A stretch of 64,000 nucleotides of DNA from an uncultured bacterium (GCA_905215905.1 CAJMRI010000010.1:2838-66837), one strand, 5' to 3'. Positions 1-9,991 are shown, numbered from the stretch's first letter. The notes: a model not told the origin generated them from the letters alone. Numbers and translations are program-made.

Positions 1-2255
1 GAATAACGTTGGCGCGGCAGGTCGTTGGACTCGCAGATCATGAGACCCGTCGTGGAAAGCTGCTTATCAAAGAGCAGATTGAGGTTGAGCAGCAACGGGC
101 GCAGCTGCAGACCGATAAAGAGCGCGATGGCAAGGAACACGCCCAGGACGCACAGGTTGAACAGGTAGTTGAACGAATACATGCCACCGACGGTCTCGCG
201 CAGCAGGTTGATGCCATAAGTGAAGGGCAGCAGCGGATGCAGCCATTGGAAGAAGCCGGGCATCATCTCGATGGGATACATGCCCGACGAGCCGGGGATC
301 TGCACAATGACGAGGATGACGCCAATGGCTTTACCGATATGCTTAAACGTGGTGGACAGCGCATAGATGATGTTGACGTAGGTGAACGAAATAGCGATGC
401 CGCCCAGTACAAAGAGCAGCGGATTGACGCACTGAACGCCAATGACCAGGTCGCCCACCGTAACGATAATGGCCTGGAACGCGCCCAGGATCACCAGCAG
501 CAGCCAGCGGCCAAAGTAGCCCTGACGCGCCGTAAAGCTACCGATGCCCTCGCGGTCGACCTCGAGTTTATAGATAGCGATGAGCACATAGCCGCCTACC
601 CACAGCGCCAGATTGGTGTAGAAGGGCGCGATGCCCGAGCCAAAGCTCTTGACCGGATAGATTGACTTGGACGTCAGCTCAACCGGAGATGCCATGAAAT
701 CTGCCACGTCATTGACGTCGACGTCCATGAGGTCGGCGAACTCGCCCATAGACTCAGAGGTCTGCAGCGCCGCAATGTCATTGGCGGCGGTCGCGAGCTT
801 GTCCTGAACCTTGGCAAGGGAGGCGTCGGTTTGGGACAGCGTGGTCTTTGCCTGCTTGAGCGTGGCGTCGAGCTGCGCCAGCGTGCCGCGCGCGCTCGCT
901 ATCGTGGGGGTCATACCCGACACAATGCCGGTCAAATCGCCCGAAACGGCGGCAAAGGAGTCAAGCGCGCTCGAAGCCTTCGGAAGTGCGTTCTGACCCA
1001 GATCGGTCTGAGCCTGACCGAGGCTAGCCGTACCGGTCTGAATTGCCGCGTTGAGTGCGTTGCTCGCGTTCGAGATTGCCGTAGCGTCGTTTGCCATGGC
1101 GCTCGACTGTGCAGAAAGGCCATCCTTGATGCTCTGCAGCTTCTGGTTTTGCTCGCGAAGCGAATCGATGGTCGATACAATGCGCGCGTCAATTTCCTCG
1201 GAACCTGTCGACGTGTCATTAACGAGAATCTCCAAGTGCCCGATAACGGCCTTATTGTGATCGATCGTCGCCTGGAGAGACTCGAGCGAGTTGTCGATGC
1301 GGGTGGTCGTAGATGTGACCGTACCCGTTAGCTTGCCAATCGCAGCGTTCGCGGAGGCTGACGTCTTGGTGAGTGCAAGGCTACCTTCCGAGAGTGCCTT
1401 GGAGAGCGAGGTGATAGAGTTGCCCGCCGTGGCGCGAGCCTCGCCCAGCAGATTATTACCCTGAGCGATTGCCTGCGTTAGCGAAGGCGCCTGCCCCTGC
1501 AGGCCCGCCAGCGCAGCATCGGCCGAAGCAATCGAGCTGCTTGTCTTGTCGATGGCGGTGTTCATGTCGCCGATGGAATCACGTACTTCGCCCAGGGTAT
1601 CAGACGCCTCGGACACCGAGTCCGCCAGCGAATCCTGGGTCTGGGTTGCCTTGTCTTTAAGGTCGATGCCGGCATCCTTGGCGATGCCCGCTACGGTCTC
1701 GCCCACCGTGGAGACAAACTCCGAGTTGATCTGCTCCTCGATGGTGTTGGCACCGGTATCGGTGACCTTGGGCGCAATGGCGCTCTTCTTCTCATTGACG
1801 TAATAGGTGAGCTTCGGCTGATGGTAATTGCCATCGAGCATCGAGACAAGATTGTCGGAGAAGTTCTTGGGGATTACGATCGCAGCGTAGTATTCCCCGC
1901 TCTCGACACCCTCTTTGGCATCGGCAGCCGAGTCGACGAAGGTCCAGCCCAGCTGATCGTTCTCCTTGAGCTGATCGACTACCTTATCGCCCGCGTTGAG
2001 CTCGCCCACTAGGTCGTTCTGAGTGCCCTGATCGTTGTTGGCGATGGCAATCTTGATACCTTGGGTGTTTCCGTACGGATCCCAGTTTGCCACGATGTTG
2101 TACCAGGCATACAGCGAGGGGATAACGCACACGCCCAGGGTAACCACCAAGGCGACGGGGTTCACAAGCAGTCGCTTAATGTCGCGCTTAAATATCGCAA
2201 AGGAGACCTTTGCATCGGATAGTTTGCTGCCGAGACTCACGCTTGGACCATCCAT
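1..2255 (-). CDS. YhgE/Pip family membrane protein (3' end runs off the window)
   Basis: Not in the ORF track because it has no stop in the window. Manual translation from ATG 2255 gives MDGPSV...IFKRDIKRLLVNPVALVVTLGVCVIPSLYAWYNIVANWDPYGNTQGIKIAIANND, the typical YhgE/Pip N-terminus. The frame at the left edge is consistent, with C-terminal TM segments. Confidence 0.9.
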   Translation of the reverse strand, partial: MDGPSVSLGSKLSDAKVSFAIFKRDIKRLLVNPVALVVTLGVCVIPSLYAWYNIVANWDPYGNTQGIKIAIANNDQGTQNDLVGELNAGDKVVDQLKENDQLGWTFVDSAADAKEGVESGEYYAAIVIPKNFSDNLVSMLDGNYHQPKLTYYVNEKKSAIAPKVTDTGANTIEEQINSEFVSTVGETVAGIAKDAGIDLKDKATQTQDSLADSVSEASDTLGEVRDSIGDMNTAIDKTSSSIASADAALAGLQGQAPSLTQAIAQGNNLLGEARATAGNSITSLSKALSEGSLALTKTSASANAAIGKLTGTVTSTTTRIDNSLESLQATIDHNKAVIGHLEILVNDTSTGSEEIDARIVSTIDSLREQNQKLQSIKDGLSAQSSAMANDATAISNASNALNAAIQTGTASLGQAQTDLGQNALPKASSALDSFAAVSGDLTGIVSGMTPTIASARGTLAQLDATLKQAKTTLSQTDASLAKVQDKLATAANDIAALQTSESMGEFADLMDVDVNDVADFMASPVELTSKSIYPVKSFGSGIAPFYTNLALWVGGYVLIAIYKLEVDREGIGSFTARQGYFGRWLLLVILGAFQAIIVTVGDLVIGVQCVNPLLFVLGGIAISFTYVNIIYALSTTFKHIGKAIGVILVIVQIPGSSGMYPIEMMPGFFQWLHPLLPFTYGINLLRETVGGMYSFNYLFNLCVLGVFLAIALFIGLQLRPLLLNLNLLFDKQLSTTGLMICESNDLPRQRY

Positions 2256-2447
2256 CCTGTCGTTGAATCAAATCGTACTATCAAAACCATTGTACGTAGG
2301 CGCTTTAGCGTCTCGAAGCACAATGGTATTGAGTTTTGCGGGTAGCAATATACTACGAAGATGAGTTAGTGTACAGTTGTACAGTATCTTTAATATCAGC
2401 AGGTCACAAAACCACAGCCCGCACAAATTAGCAATCCGAATAGTCAT

Positions 2448-2542
2448 TGGGAACGTTCTTAAACGACTAGTCAAACAAGAACGTCCCCGATGACTAAGGA
2501 GTGTCCCCAGGTGCCGGTAGAAAAGGAACGTCCCTAACTGCC
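2448..2542. repeat. Cluster of GAACGTCCC/GTGTCCCC short repeats, including copy 1 of a 47-bp direct repeat (2496-2542)
   Basis: GGGAACGTTCTT...AAGAACGTCCCC inverted pair; 2496-2542 matches 4933-4979 at 44/47 nt. Confidence 0.8.
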
Positions 2543-2570
2543 GCATCGCCAACGGCTACCAACAACAAAA

Positions 2571-2739
2571 ACGCCGATGTTTTGGCGCAGACAGCGAAAG
2601 CCCGCCAGAGCGAGCAAGGTGCCTTGAAACGAGGCGGCATTGACCTTCTGGTCATGCCGCCGAAGCTGAAAGGCAGATTGCCGCCCTGGCGGGCTTGCAG
2701 CGTCGAGTAGTTACGCGGTTCGTAGAACCGCGTAACTAC
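2571..2739. repeat. Rod-hairpin intergenic element, copy A
   Basis: Near-gapless alignment to 58821-58990 with compensatory changes; terminal hairpin GTAGTTACGCGGTT-CGTAG-AACCGCGTAACTAC. Confidence 0.9.
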
Positions 2740-2743
2740 CAAA

Positions 2744-4768
2744 CTACATAAGCTCGCAGACAGCTGCTGCGAAGGCAACGGGGTCCTCGGGGAGGATGCC
2801 CTCGACCAGCAGGGCCTGATCGTAGAGCAAGCCGGAGTACTGCTTGATCTTATCGGCGTCGCCTGCCTTCTGGGCAGCGACAAGCTTGTCAAAGACCGGG
2901 TGCTTGGCGTTGAGCTCGAGCACGCGCTGGCTCTTGGGCATGCCGTTGGGCGCGCCCTCGGGCCCCTTCTGGAGCACCTTCTCCATCTCGAGCGAAAGCG
3001 GACCCTCGGTGGTGATGCAAGCGGGGGCATCGGTCAGGCGCGCGGAGACGGCAACTTTCTCGACCTTGTCACCGAGCGCCTCCTTCATAGCGCTAAAGAG
3101 GTCCTCGTTTTCCTTGGTGGCGTCCTCGGCCTCCTTCTTCTCGTCCTCGGTCGCCATGTCAAGATCGCCGGTCGCGACGTTCTTAAGCTCCAGGTGACGA
3201 TCCTCGACCTCGGGCTCGGCACCATCGGCAACTGCCTTCTCGGCAGCCTCGCGAGCAGCGTCATCCTCGTAGACCTTGGGCATATCGGCAGCCACGTACT
3301 CACGCATGGCCTGGAAGGTAAACTCATCCACGTCCTGCGTCAGCAGCAGTACATCGTAGCCGCGGTCGAGCACGCCCTTCACGACGGGCATCTTGGCCAG
3401 ACGCTCGCGCGAATCGCCGGCGGCATAGTAGATTGCCTTCTGGCCCTCGGGCATGCCCTTGGCATACTCGGCAAGGGTGATCATCTTCTGCTCCTTGGCA
3501 GACCAGAACAGCAGCAGGTCGGCGAGCTCGTCGGCCTTCATGCCGTAGCTCGAGTAGATGCCGTACTTCAGACCGCGGCCAAAGTTCTCAAAGAACTTCT
3601 CGTATGCCTCGCGGTCGTTGTCGCGCATGTCCTCAAGGTCGGCGGTAATCTTCTTTTCCACACGCTTGGCGATAACCTTGAGCTGACGGTTCTGCTGCAG
3701 CGTCTCGCGCGAGATGTTGAGCGACACGTCGGCGGAATCCACGACACCGCGCACAAAGTTGTAGTAGTCGGGCAGCAGGTCGTCGCACTTCTCCATAATC
3801 AGCACGTTGGAGCTGTAGAGCGCCAGGCCCTTCTCGTAGTCCTTGCTGTACAGATCGAACGGGGCGCGGCCCGGCACAAACAGCAGGGCGTCGTACTCGA
3901 GCGTGCCCTCAGCATGGAAGCTGATGGTGCGTGCGGGATCGTCAAAGTCGTGGAACGTTGACTTGTAGAACTCGTCGTAGTCCTTCTGCTCGACATCGGA
4001 GCTGCGCTTTTTCCAGATCGGCGTCATTGAGTTGACGGTCTCGAGCTCCTGGTAGTCCTCGTACTCGGGCTTGTAGTCGTCGCCGGCGTCCTCGGGCTTG
4101 GGTTTCTGGCGGCTCTTGCTCACCATCATCTGGATCGGGTAGCGCACATAGTTGCTGTACTGCTGAATCAGGCTCTTGAGACCCCACTCGGTCAGGAAGC
4201 GATCGTAGGTCTCGGCCTCGCCGTCGGCGTCGAGCTTCTCGTTCTCGCGCAGCGTCAGGATGACATCGGTACCGTGCTCGGCGCGCTCGCCATCCTCGAT
4301 GGTGTAACCCTCAAGACCATCAGACTCCCACACGTGAGCGGTGTCCTCGCCATAGGCGCGGCTGACGACCTTCACATGGCTGGCGACCATAAAGGCCGAG
4401 TAGAAGCCCACGCCAAACTGGCCGATGATGTCGACATCCGAACCCTGTTGCTCGGCGTTCTCGGTCTTAAACTCCTCGGAGCCGGAATGGGCGATGGTGC
4501 CCAGATTGCGCTCGAGCTCCTCGGCGGTCATGCCAATGCCGTTATCCGAGATGGTAATGGTGCGGGCGTCTTTATCAAAGGAGACGCGAATAGCCAGGTC
4601 GCCCTGGTCGAGCTTGACGCTCGGATCCTGCAGGCTCTTAAAGTTGAGCTTGTCGACGGCATCGCTCGCGTTGGAGATAAGCTCGCGCAGGAAGATTTCC
4701 TTATTGGTGTAGATGGAGTTGATCATGAGGTCGAGCAGTTTTTTGCTCTCGGTCTTAAATTGACGCAT
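2744..4768 (-). CDS. htpG: Molecular chaperone HtpG (Hsp90)
   Basis: YTNKEIFLRELISNASDA, DNGIGMT, IIGQFGVGFYS, LNISRE motifs. Confidence 0.98.
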   Translation of the reverse strand: MRQFKTESKKLLDLMINSIYTNKEIFLRELISNASDAVDKLNFKSLQDPSVKLDQGDLAIRVSFDKDARTITISDNGIGMTAEELERNLGTIAHSGSEEFKTENAEQQGSDVDIIGQFGVGFYSAFMVASHVKVVSRAYGEDTAHVWESDGLEGYTIEDGERAEHGTDVILTLRENEKLDADGEAETYDRFLTEWGLKSLIQQYSNYVRYPIQMMVSKSRQKPKPEDAGDDYKPEYEDYQELETVNSMTPIWKKRSSDVEQKDYDEFYKSTFHDFDDPARTISFHAEGTLEYDALLFVPGRAPFDLYSKDYEKGLALYSSNVLIMEKCDDLLPDYYNFVRGVVDSADVSLNISRETLQQNRQLKVIAKRVEKKITADLEDMRDNDREAYEKFFENFGRGLKYGIYSSYGMKADELADLLLFWSAKEQKMITLAEYAKGMPEGQKAIYYAAGDSRERLAKMPVVKGVLDRGYDVLLLTQDVDEFTFQAMREYVAADMPKVYEDDAAREAAEKAVADGAEPEVEDRHLELKNVATGDLDMATEDEKKEAEDATKENEDLFSAMKEALGDKVEKVAVSARLTDAPACITTEGPLSLEMEKVLQKGPEGAPNGMPKSQRVLELNAKHPVFDKLVAAQKAGDADKIKQYSGLLYDQALLVEGILPEDPVAFAAAVCELM

Positions 4769-4932
4769 GTGCAGTCCTTTCGCGCTACCCCCGTCCGCAA
4801 AAACGGCCCGGTTGCCCGAGCCGCATCGCAGACCTGCTATGTTCAGACTTAGATTTTATAACCCATTAGCGCGCATATATACATACGGAATCGAAAAACT
4901 GCATGTCCAAACGCTCCGATGCGCCAATTGCC

Positions 4933-4979
4933 AAGGAGTGTCCCCAGCTGCCGGCAGAAAAGGAACGTCCCTATCTGCC
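4933..4979. repeat. 47-bp direct repeat, copy 2 (contains the stop codon of the GNAT gene)
   Basis: AAGGAGTGTCCCCAGCTGCCGGCAGAAAAGGAACGTCCCTATCTGCC versus 2496-2542. Confidence 0.8.
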
Positions 4980-5471
4980 ATCTACGCGCTTAGCCATCCA
5001 GGCATGGGGCTGGCCTTCATCCTCATAGTCCACCGGGGCAATCTGCGTGTAACCTGCCTTGGCATAGAGTGGCAGCACGTATTCCTGCGCGTGCAGCTTA
5101 ATGAGCTTGGCGCCGGCATCACGCGCACACGTATCGCTGGCCTCGACAATCTTGCTCGCCAGACCGCGACGGCGCATGCTCGGCAGTACAGCCACGCGCC
5201 CCATAATATAGGTCTCCCCCGCCGCGACGTCTTCGTCCAAATCGCACGCCGGCGACACCGGAGCCTCTGCGTCAGCCGCGCGCTCAAGCTCTTCGGGAAA
5301 CACGCGCGAGCAACCGGCAAGCTCACCGTCTACATAGAGCGTCACATGGATGCAGTTCGGATCCTCGTCGATAGCGTCGAACTCATTCTCGTAGCCCTGC
5401 TCGTCCATAAAAACGACGCGGCGCACCAACGCCGCGTCATCAAAGCATCCCGTCTTAAGTTGGATATCCAT
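4971..5471 (-). CDS. GNAT family N-acetyltransferase (ElaA/YjcF-like)
   Basis: VRRVVFMDEQG, MGRVAVLPSMRRRGLA, LHAQ..VLPLYAKAGY, EDEGQPH; start may be 5471 or 5489. Confidence 0.88.
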   Translation of the reverse strand: MDIQLKTGCFDDAALVRRVVFMDEQGYENEFDAIDEDPNCIHVTLYVDGELAGCSRVFPEELERAADAEAPVSPACDLDEDVAAGETYIMGRVAVLPSMRRRGLASKIVEASDTCARDAGAKLIKLHAQEYVLPLYAKAGYTQIAPVDYEDEGQPHAWMAKRVDGR

Positions 5472-5510
5472 AGCTGCCCTTTCATTCAACGCGAACGTTA
5501 GGGACAGATT

Positions 5511-6161
5511 TTAGCGAAAATGAGCTCCGCGCACGCTAAACTTCGCGCGAGCCTTCGCCAGACAGTCGTAATGACCCACGTTATGGGCATCGCTCGCGAT
5601 GAAGCTGTACAGGTTCTGATCGAACAGGCGCTGTGCCGGCTTTTTCTCGCGACCAAAGCGACCGCCGGCAATAAAGTCCGCCGAAGCCTGCAGCTTGCAG
5701 CCCATATCGACCAGGCGCTCCGCCACGCTTACATCCTTTTGAACCGCACGATAGCGCTCAGGATGAGCGATGATCACCTGATAGCCACGGCACTGCAAAT
5801 CGTAAATCGTGTTCTCGTACTCTCTAAACGCATACGCATCGGCATGCGTCGAAAGCTCGAGCAGAAACTCGTTGGTCCCATCGAAATGCAAGTGATCCGC
5901 GGCATCGATACCAAGCTCAACGAGCTTTCGATGGTTGACCTCGAAGCCCATCTGGAGCGGAAAACCGTCAGCGTTATCGCGCAGCAGCTCAAAGGCATCC
6001 CACATCTTGTCGTAATCAAAATAGGGATCACGGCAGTGAGGAGTGCAAACGATTCTGGTTACACCGGCCCGCTTGGCAGCCTCGAGCATCGCCAAGCTCT
6101 CTTCGAGATCGGCGGCGCCGTCGTCTACACCCGGCAAGATATGGCAATGAATGTCACGCAT
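5511..6161 (-). CDS. cpsB: PHP-family tyrosine-protein phosphatase (CpsB/CapC/YwqE)
   Basis: DIHCHILPGVDDGA, TPH, IAHPERY, ASDAH motifs. Confidence 0.93.
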   Translation of the reverse strand: MRDIHCHILPGVDDGAADLEESLAMLEAAKRAGVTRIVCTPHCRDPYFDYDKMWDAFELLRDNADGFPLQMGFEVNHRKLVELGIDAADHLHFDGTNEFLLELSTHADAYAFREYENTIYDLQCRGYQVIIAHPERYRAVQKDVSVAERLVDMGCKLQASADFIAGGRFGREKKPAQRLFDQNLYSFIASDAHNVGHYDCLAKARAKFSVRGAHFR

Positions 6162-6178
6162 AGGTCAGCCTTAATCAA

Positions 6179-6916
6179 CTAAACGTTTGCTCGGTTGGTG
6201 AAGATGCCCTTTTTGGAAGTGCCCTGACCGTCGGAGCCCTTCTTAACCTTCTTACCGTCCTTGGTGTAGTAAGAATAATAGTACTCGCTGGTCTCGGTCT
6301 CACAGTAATTCATGACGGTACCGATGAGCTTGACCTTCTCGGACTTCTTAAGCTGGGCGATAGCGTTGAGCGCCTCTTCGCGCTTGGTAAAGTCCTCGCG
6401 CACCACGAACAGCGCGCCGTCGGTCAGGCTGGCAATCTCGGCAGCATCGATGAAGGTGCCGACCGGAGGAGCATCGAAGATGACGTACTGGAACTTAGCA
6501 GACAGTGCCTTGACCAGCTTGGCAAAGCGATGGGAGACGATGATGTCGGCAGGATTGGGAATATGCGGCTCAGCATCGAGGAAGTAGAAATTCTTCTGAC
6601 CTGTCTCGACAATCGCCTGGTCGATAGAAACCTGCTCGGACAAGACTGCATAGAGTCCGCCGCGGGAGCGGACGCCGAGCATATCGGCAAGGGACCTGCG
6701 GCGCATATCGGCCTCGACCAGGAGCACGGACTTGCCGCTCGTGGCGATTGCCTGAGCAAGGTTAATGGAAACCGTAGACTTGCCCTCGTTGGGAATCGAG
6801 GAGGTAACGGTGATGGTGCGAATGGGGTCGTCCACGCTCGCAAAGCGGATATTGGCCAGAAGGGTCTTGGCGGCATTCTGTACAACGAGCTTATCGGTGT
6901 TCTTTGCCTTAGCCAT
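6179..6916 (-). CDS. cpsD: BY-kinase catalytic subunit (CpsD/CapB)
   Basis: Walker A NEGKST, A' LVEADMR, B VIFDAPP, Tyr cluster EYYYSYY. Confidence 0.93.
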   Translation of the reverse strand: MAKAKNTDKLVVQNAAKTLLANIRFASVDDPIRTITVTSSIPNEGKSTVSINLAQAIATSGKSVLLVEADMRRRSLADMLGVRSRGGLYAVLSEQVSIDQAIVETGQKNFYFLDAEPHIPNPADIIVSHRFAKLVKALSAKFQYVIFDAPPVGTFIDAAEIASLTDGALFVVREDFTKREEALNAIAQLKKSEKVKLIGTVMNYCETETSEYYYSYYTKDGKKVKKGSDGQGTSKKGIFTNRANV

Positions 6917-6918
6917 GC

Positions 6919-7575
6919 CTATTTACCACCTTTCATAGCCGGAATTCGGCCAACAACGGGAATACCCAGGAGCTCTTCTGCCTCTTCGGCACCGCGGATG
7001 CGGGTATTGAGCATGTCTGCCAAAACGACATAGGCAACTGCGATAAAGATACCGGCGAGGAACGCGACGGCAATATACAGCGTACGCTTGGGGCCGCTGG
7101 GGGCTTCGGGGGTCTTAGCCTCGTCGATAACGTTGATGCTCTGGGCAGCGCCGACGTTCTGAGCGACCGTACTCACCGAGCTGGCAATGGCCTTTGCGAC
7201 CTCAGCCGTCTCCTTGGCATCGGTACCGGTAACCGAAAGCGTAATGACACGCGTGGTGGTCTCGGAGGAAACAGACACCTTGTAGTCATCCAGATCGGTG
7301 AGGCCCAGTTCTTTGGCGGCGCCGCTCTTAACGCTATCGCTATCAAGCAGCGTGGCGATATCGTTGGAAAGCATCTGGCTCGCCGAGAGATCGTTGTAGC
7401 TCATCTGACCGCTATCGTCGGTCTTGGCGAGAATGTACATGCTCGTCGTCGCGGTATAGGTGTTGTCCATCGCAACGAAGGACACGATGCCCATGGCGAT
7501 CGCGCAGACCACCGGAAGGGTGATGACCAGCTTGAGGTGCTTTTTGAGCAGCTGGAACAGTTCGAGAAGGGTCAT
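6919..7575 (-). CDS. cpsC: BY-kinase modulator / chain-length determinant (CpsC/Wzz/YveK)
   Basis: Two TM helices, YTATTSMYI, IDEAKTPEAPSGP, LGIPVVGRIP; adjacent to cpsD. Confidence 0.9.
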   Translation of the reverse strand: MTLLELFQLLKKHLKLVITLPVVCAIAMGIVSFVAMDNTYTATTSMYILAKTDDSGQMSYNDLSASQMLSNDIATLLDSDSVKSGAAKELGLTDLDDYKVSVSSETTTRVITLSVTGTDAKETAEVAKAIASSVSTVAQNVGAAQSINVIDEAKTPEAPSGPKRTLYIAVAFLAGIFIAVAYVVLADMLNTRIRGAEEAEELLGIPVVGRIPAMKGGK

Positions 7576-7770
7576 GCAGCTTGCCTTTCATTTCCCCAGT
7601 TCGGATTGACAAAACTGTCCGTATGTTATCGCATCTTTTTACCGAGACCAAACTCTATACATAAGAAACAGGCTCTCCTGTAAAAATGACGGAAGCAATC
7701 GTAAAATTGCACAACAACGCCGCACCCGAAAGTCCGATGCGACGTCTACATCAATATCTATGTTGTATCG

Positions 7771-9195
7771 CTATGCGAATGGCTCGTCCTGCTGTATGGG
7801 AAACGTCACCGTAATGGTGGTTCCCACGCCCAACTCGCTCGACAGATCGAGCGTGGCGTGATGATACAGGGCCGCATGTTTGACAATGGCAAGCCCCAGG
7901 CCGGTTCCGCCGCGTGCCTTGGATCTACTCTTGTCCACGCGATAGAACCGCTCAAATACCTTGCCCTGTTCTTCAGGCGCGATACCGATTCCCGTGTCGG
8001 CGACCGCGAGGAACGGATGACCTTCGTCGTTGGTGCCGCACTGCAGCGCAACCATACCGCCGGGTCGATTGTAGCGGATGGCGTTGCTTGCCAGATTGTA
8101 GATGAGCTCGTCAATCAAGCGCGACACGCCTTCGATGACCACAGGCTTGGTCTCATGACTTATCGTCACATTCGCTTGACGGGCGACCTGTTCAAGACGC
8201 TGCTCAACCGTGTAGATGGCACGCGAGAGCTCAATAGGCTCCGTGGACCCAATGGGCACCGCCTCGCCCTCAGTCGCACGCTCGGCCTCGTCCAAGTTAG
8301 ACAGCGTAAGGATATCGTTGACAAGCGCTGCCAAGCGGCCCGCCTCACGATAGATACGACCGCCAAAGTTGCGCAGGTCATCCTCGCCCTCAACCATGCC
8401 TTTTGCGATGAGCTCGGCATAGCCCGAAATCGCCGTAAGCGGCGTCTTGAGCTCATGAGTGATATTCGCCGTGAACTCGCGGCGCATACGGTCGTTGTCC
8501 GCTAGCACCGCCATTTGGCGCTTGAGTTCCTGGCGCTGCGACTCGATACGCTCAAGCATGGGGACCATCTCGGCATAGGCGTGCTCATAGCTACGGCGCG
8601 GGTGGTCCAAATCCACCTCTTGCAACGGCGCGATGATGGCACGGGACTCGCGGCGCGCCATAAAAAACGAGAGTACCGCACCCGCTGCTGCGATAAGCAG
8701 CATCGGCGCCACCATCGACAGCAAAATCGCCGCAACGCCAGGCTGGGCCTGCGCCAAGCGGACAACCTGGCCGTTATCAAGGGCGACGGCGCGATACAGC
8801 ATAATCTCGTCGAGCGTAGAGCTTGCGCGCTCCGCGGAACCCGAACCACTCTCAAAGGCCTCGATGACCTCGGGGCGATCGCCATGGTTGGGCAGTGTGG
8901 AAGGCGACGCCTCGTTGTCGTAGGCAACCGATCCATCCTTGTTAATCAGCGTGATGCGTAAGTCCTCGCGATCGAGGCTACGCAAGAACGGGATGGGCTC
9001 CTGCTGCTCGTCGAGGGCGGCAGCAATGAGCTCGGTTTCCTGCGCCAGATTGGCACTCGTGGCATCCGCCAAGGTGTTTTGCACAAAGAACGCACCCAGC
9101 ACCGTAAACGCCACGATAACCGCCATGGCGCAAACAAAGATCGTCACAAAAACGCGGTGCGATAGCGTTTGTTTTCCCTGGGGGGCGAAGACCAC
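7771..9195 (-). CDS. phoR: Sensor histidine kinase, PhoR-like
   Basis: LRITLI..DG.V..D, NHGDRPEV, HELKTPL H-box, VFERFYRVDKSRS, GTGLGLAIVKH. Confidence 0.85.
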   Translation of the reverse strand: MVFAPQGKQTLSHRVFVTIFVCAMAVIVAFTVLGAFFVQNTLADATSANLAQETELIAAALDEQQEPIPFLRSLDREDLRITLINKDGSVAYDNEASPSTLPNHGDRPEVIEAFESGSGSAERASSTLDEIMLYRAVALDNGQVVRLAQAQPGVAAILLSMVAPMLLIAAAGAVLSFFMARRESRAIIAPLQEVDLDHPRRSYEHAYAEMVPMLERIESQRQELKRQMAVLADNDRMRREFTANITHELKTPLTAISGYAELIAKGMVEGEDDLRNFGGRIYREAGRLAALVNDILTLSNLDEAERATEGEAVPIGSTEPIELSRAIYTVEQRLEQVARQANVTISHETKPVVIEGVSRLIDELIYNLASNAIRYNRPGGMVALQCGTNDEGHPFLAVADTGIGIAPEEQGKVFERFYRVDKSRSKARGGTGLGLAIVKHAALYHHATLDLSSELGVGTTITVTFPIQQDEPFA

Positions 9196-9198
9196 GGG

Positions 9199-9927
9199 TT
9201 ACTCCTCCGATGCGGTGGACGCGGTGTCGTCACCTTCGGCACCATCACCGGCAGAAGGCTCAGCCAAGCGGTAGCCCACGCCGCGCACGGTCTCGATGGC
9301 GCTGGCATGCTCGCCCAGTTTTTGGCGAAGCGTCTGCACGTGCACGTCAACGGTGCGCGAACCGCCGTCGAAGTCCCAGCCCCACACGCTCTGCAGCAAC
9401 GACTCGCGGGTAAAGACCACGCCGGGCTTGCGCATGAGATACTCAAGCAGGTCGAACTCGCGCAGGGTGAGCTTAAGCGGCTCGCCGGCAACGGTCACCT
9501 CGCGATGGCTGGGCGAGAGCACGATGTCGCCCACACTGAGCACATCGCTCGCCTGCTTGACCATGCCGCCGCGACGCAGCAGTGCGCGGCAACGGCTCGC
9601 AAGCTCCATGAGCGAAAACGGCTTAGTCAGGTAATCGTCGGCACCGCCATCGAGCGCCATCACCTTGTCGAGCTCGGTGTCCTTGGCAGTAAGCATCATG
9701 ATGGGCACCGTCGCCGTCAGGCGGTCGGCGCGCAGGCGACGCATAATCGCCAGGCCATCGGTATCGGGCAGCATGATGTCGAGCAGGACGGCATCGGGTA
9801 CCCGTCGCGCCACGGCGGCCTTAAACTCGCCGTCGCACGAAAAGCCCTCGGCCTCGATCCCCTGCTTGCGCAGCGCATAGACCGTCAAATCCCTGATGTT
9901 GTCATCGTCCTCGACGTAATAGATCAT
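9199..9927 (-). CDS. phoB: OmpR/PhoB-family response regulator
   Basis: VEDD, LLDIMLP, MLTAK, RTVDVHV, IETVRGVGY; lies between pstB and the phoR-like gene. Confidence 0.85.
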   Translation of the reverse strand: MIYYVEDDDNIRDLTVYALRKQGIEAEGFSCDGEFKAAVARRVPDAVLLDIMLPDTDGLAIMRRLRADRLTATVPIMMLTAKDTELDKVMALDGGADDYLTKPFSLMELASRCRALLRRGGMVKQASDVLSVGDIVLSPSHREVTVAGEPLKLTLREFDLLEYLMRKPGVVFTRESLLQSVWGWDFDGGSRTVDVHVQTLRQKLGEHASAIETVRGVGYRLAEPSAGDGAEGDDTASTASEE

Positions 9928-9991
9928 GTTGAACCCCTTTGCGGCCGGCATGACCGCATCTTAACCCTAAAGGTACCTTAACGAGATGGTA

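Noticed and set aside
9..2364. Plus-strand ORFs over the first 2.3 kb
   Set aside because: Antisense shadows of the YhgE/Pip gene.
4769..4932. CIRCE or HAIR heat-shock operator upstream of htpG
   Set aside because: No adequate match to TTAGCACTC-N9-GAGTGCTAA or CTTGAGT-N7-ACTCAAG.
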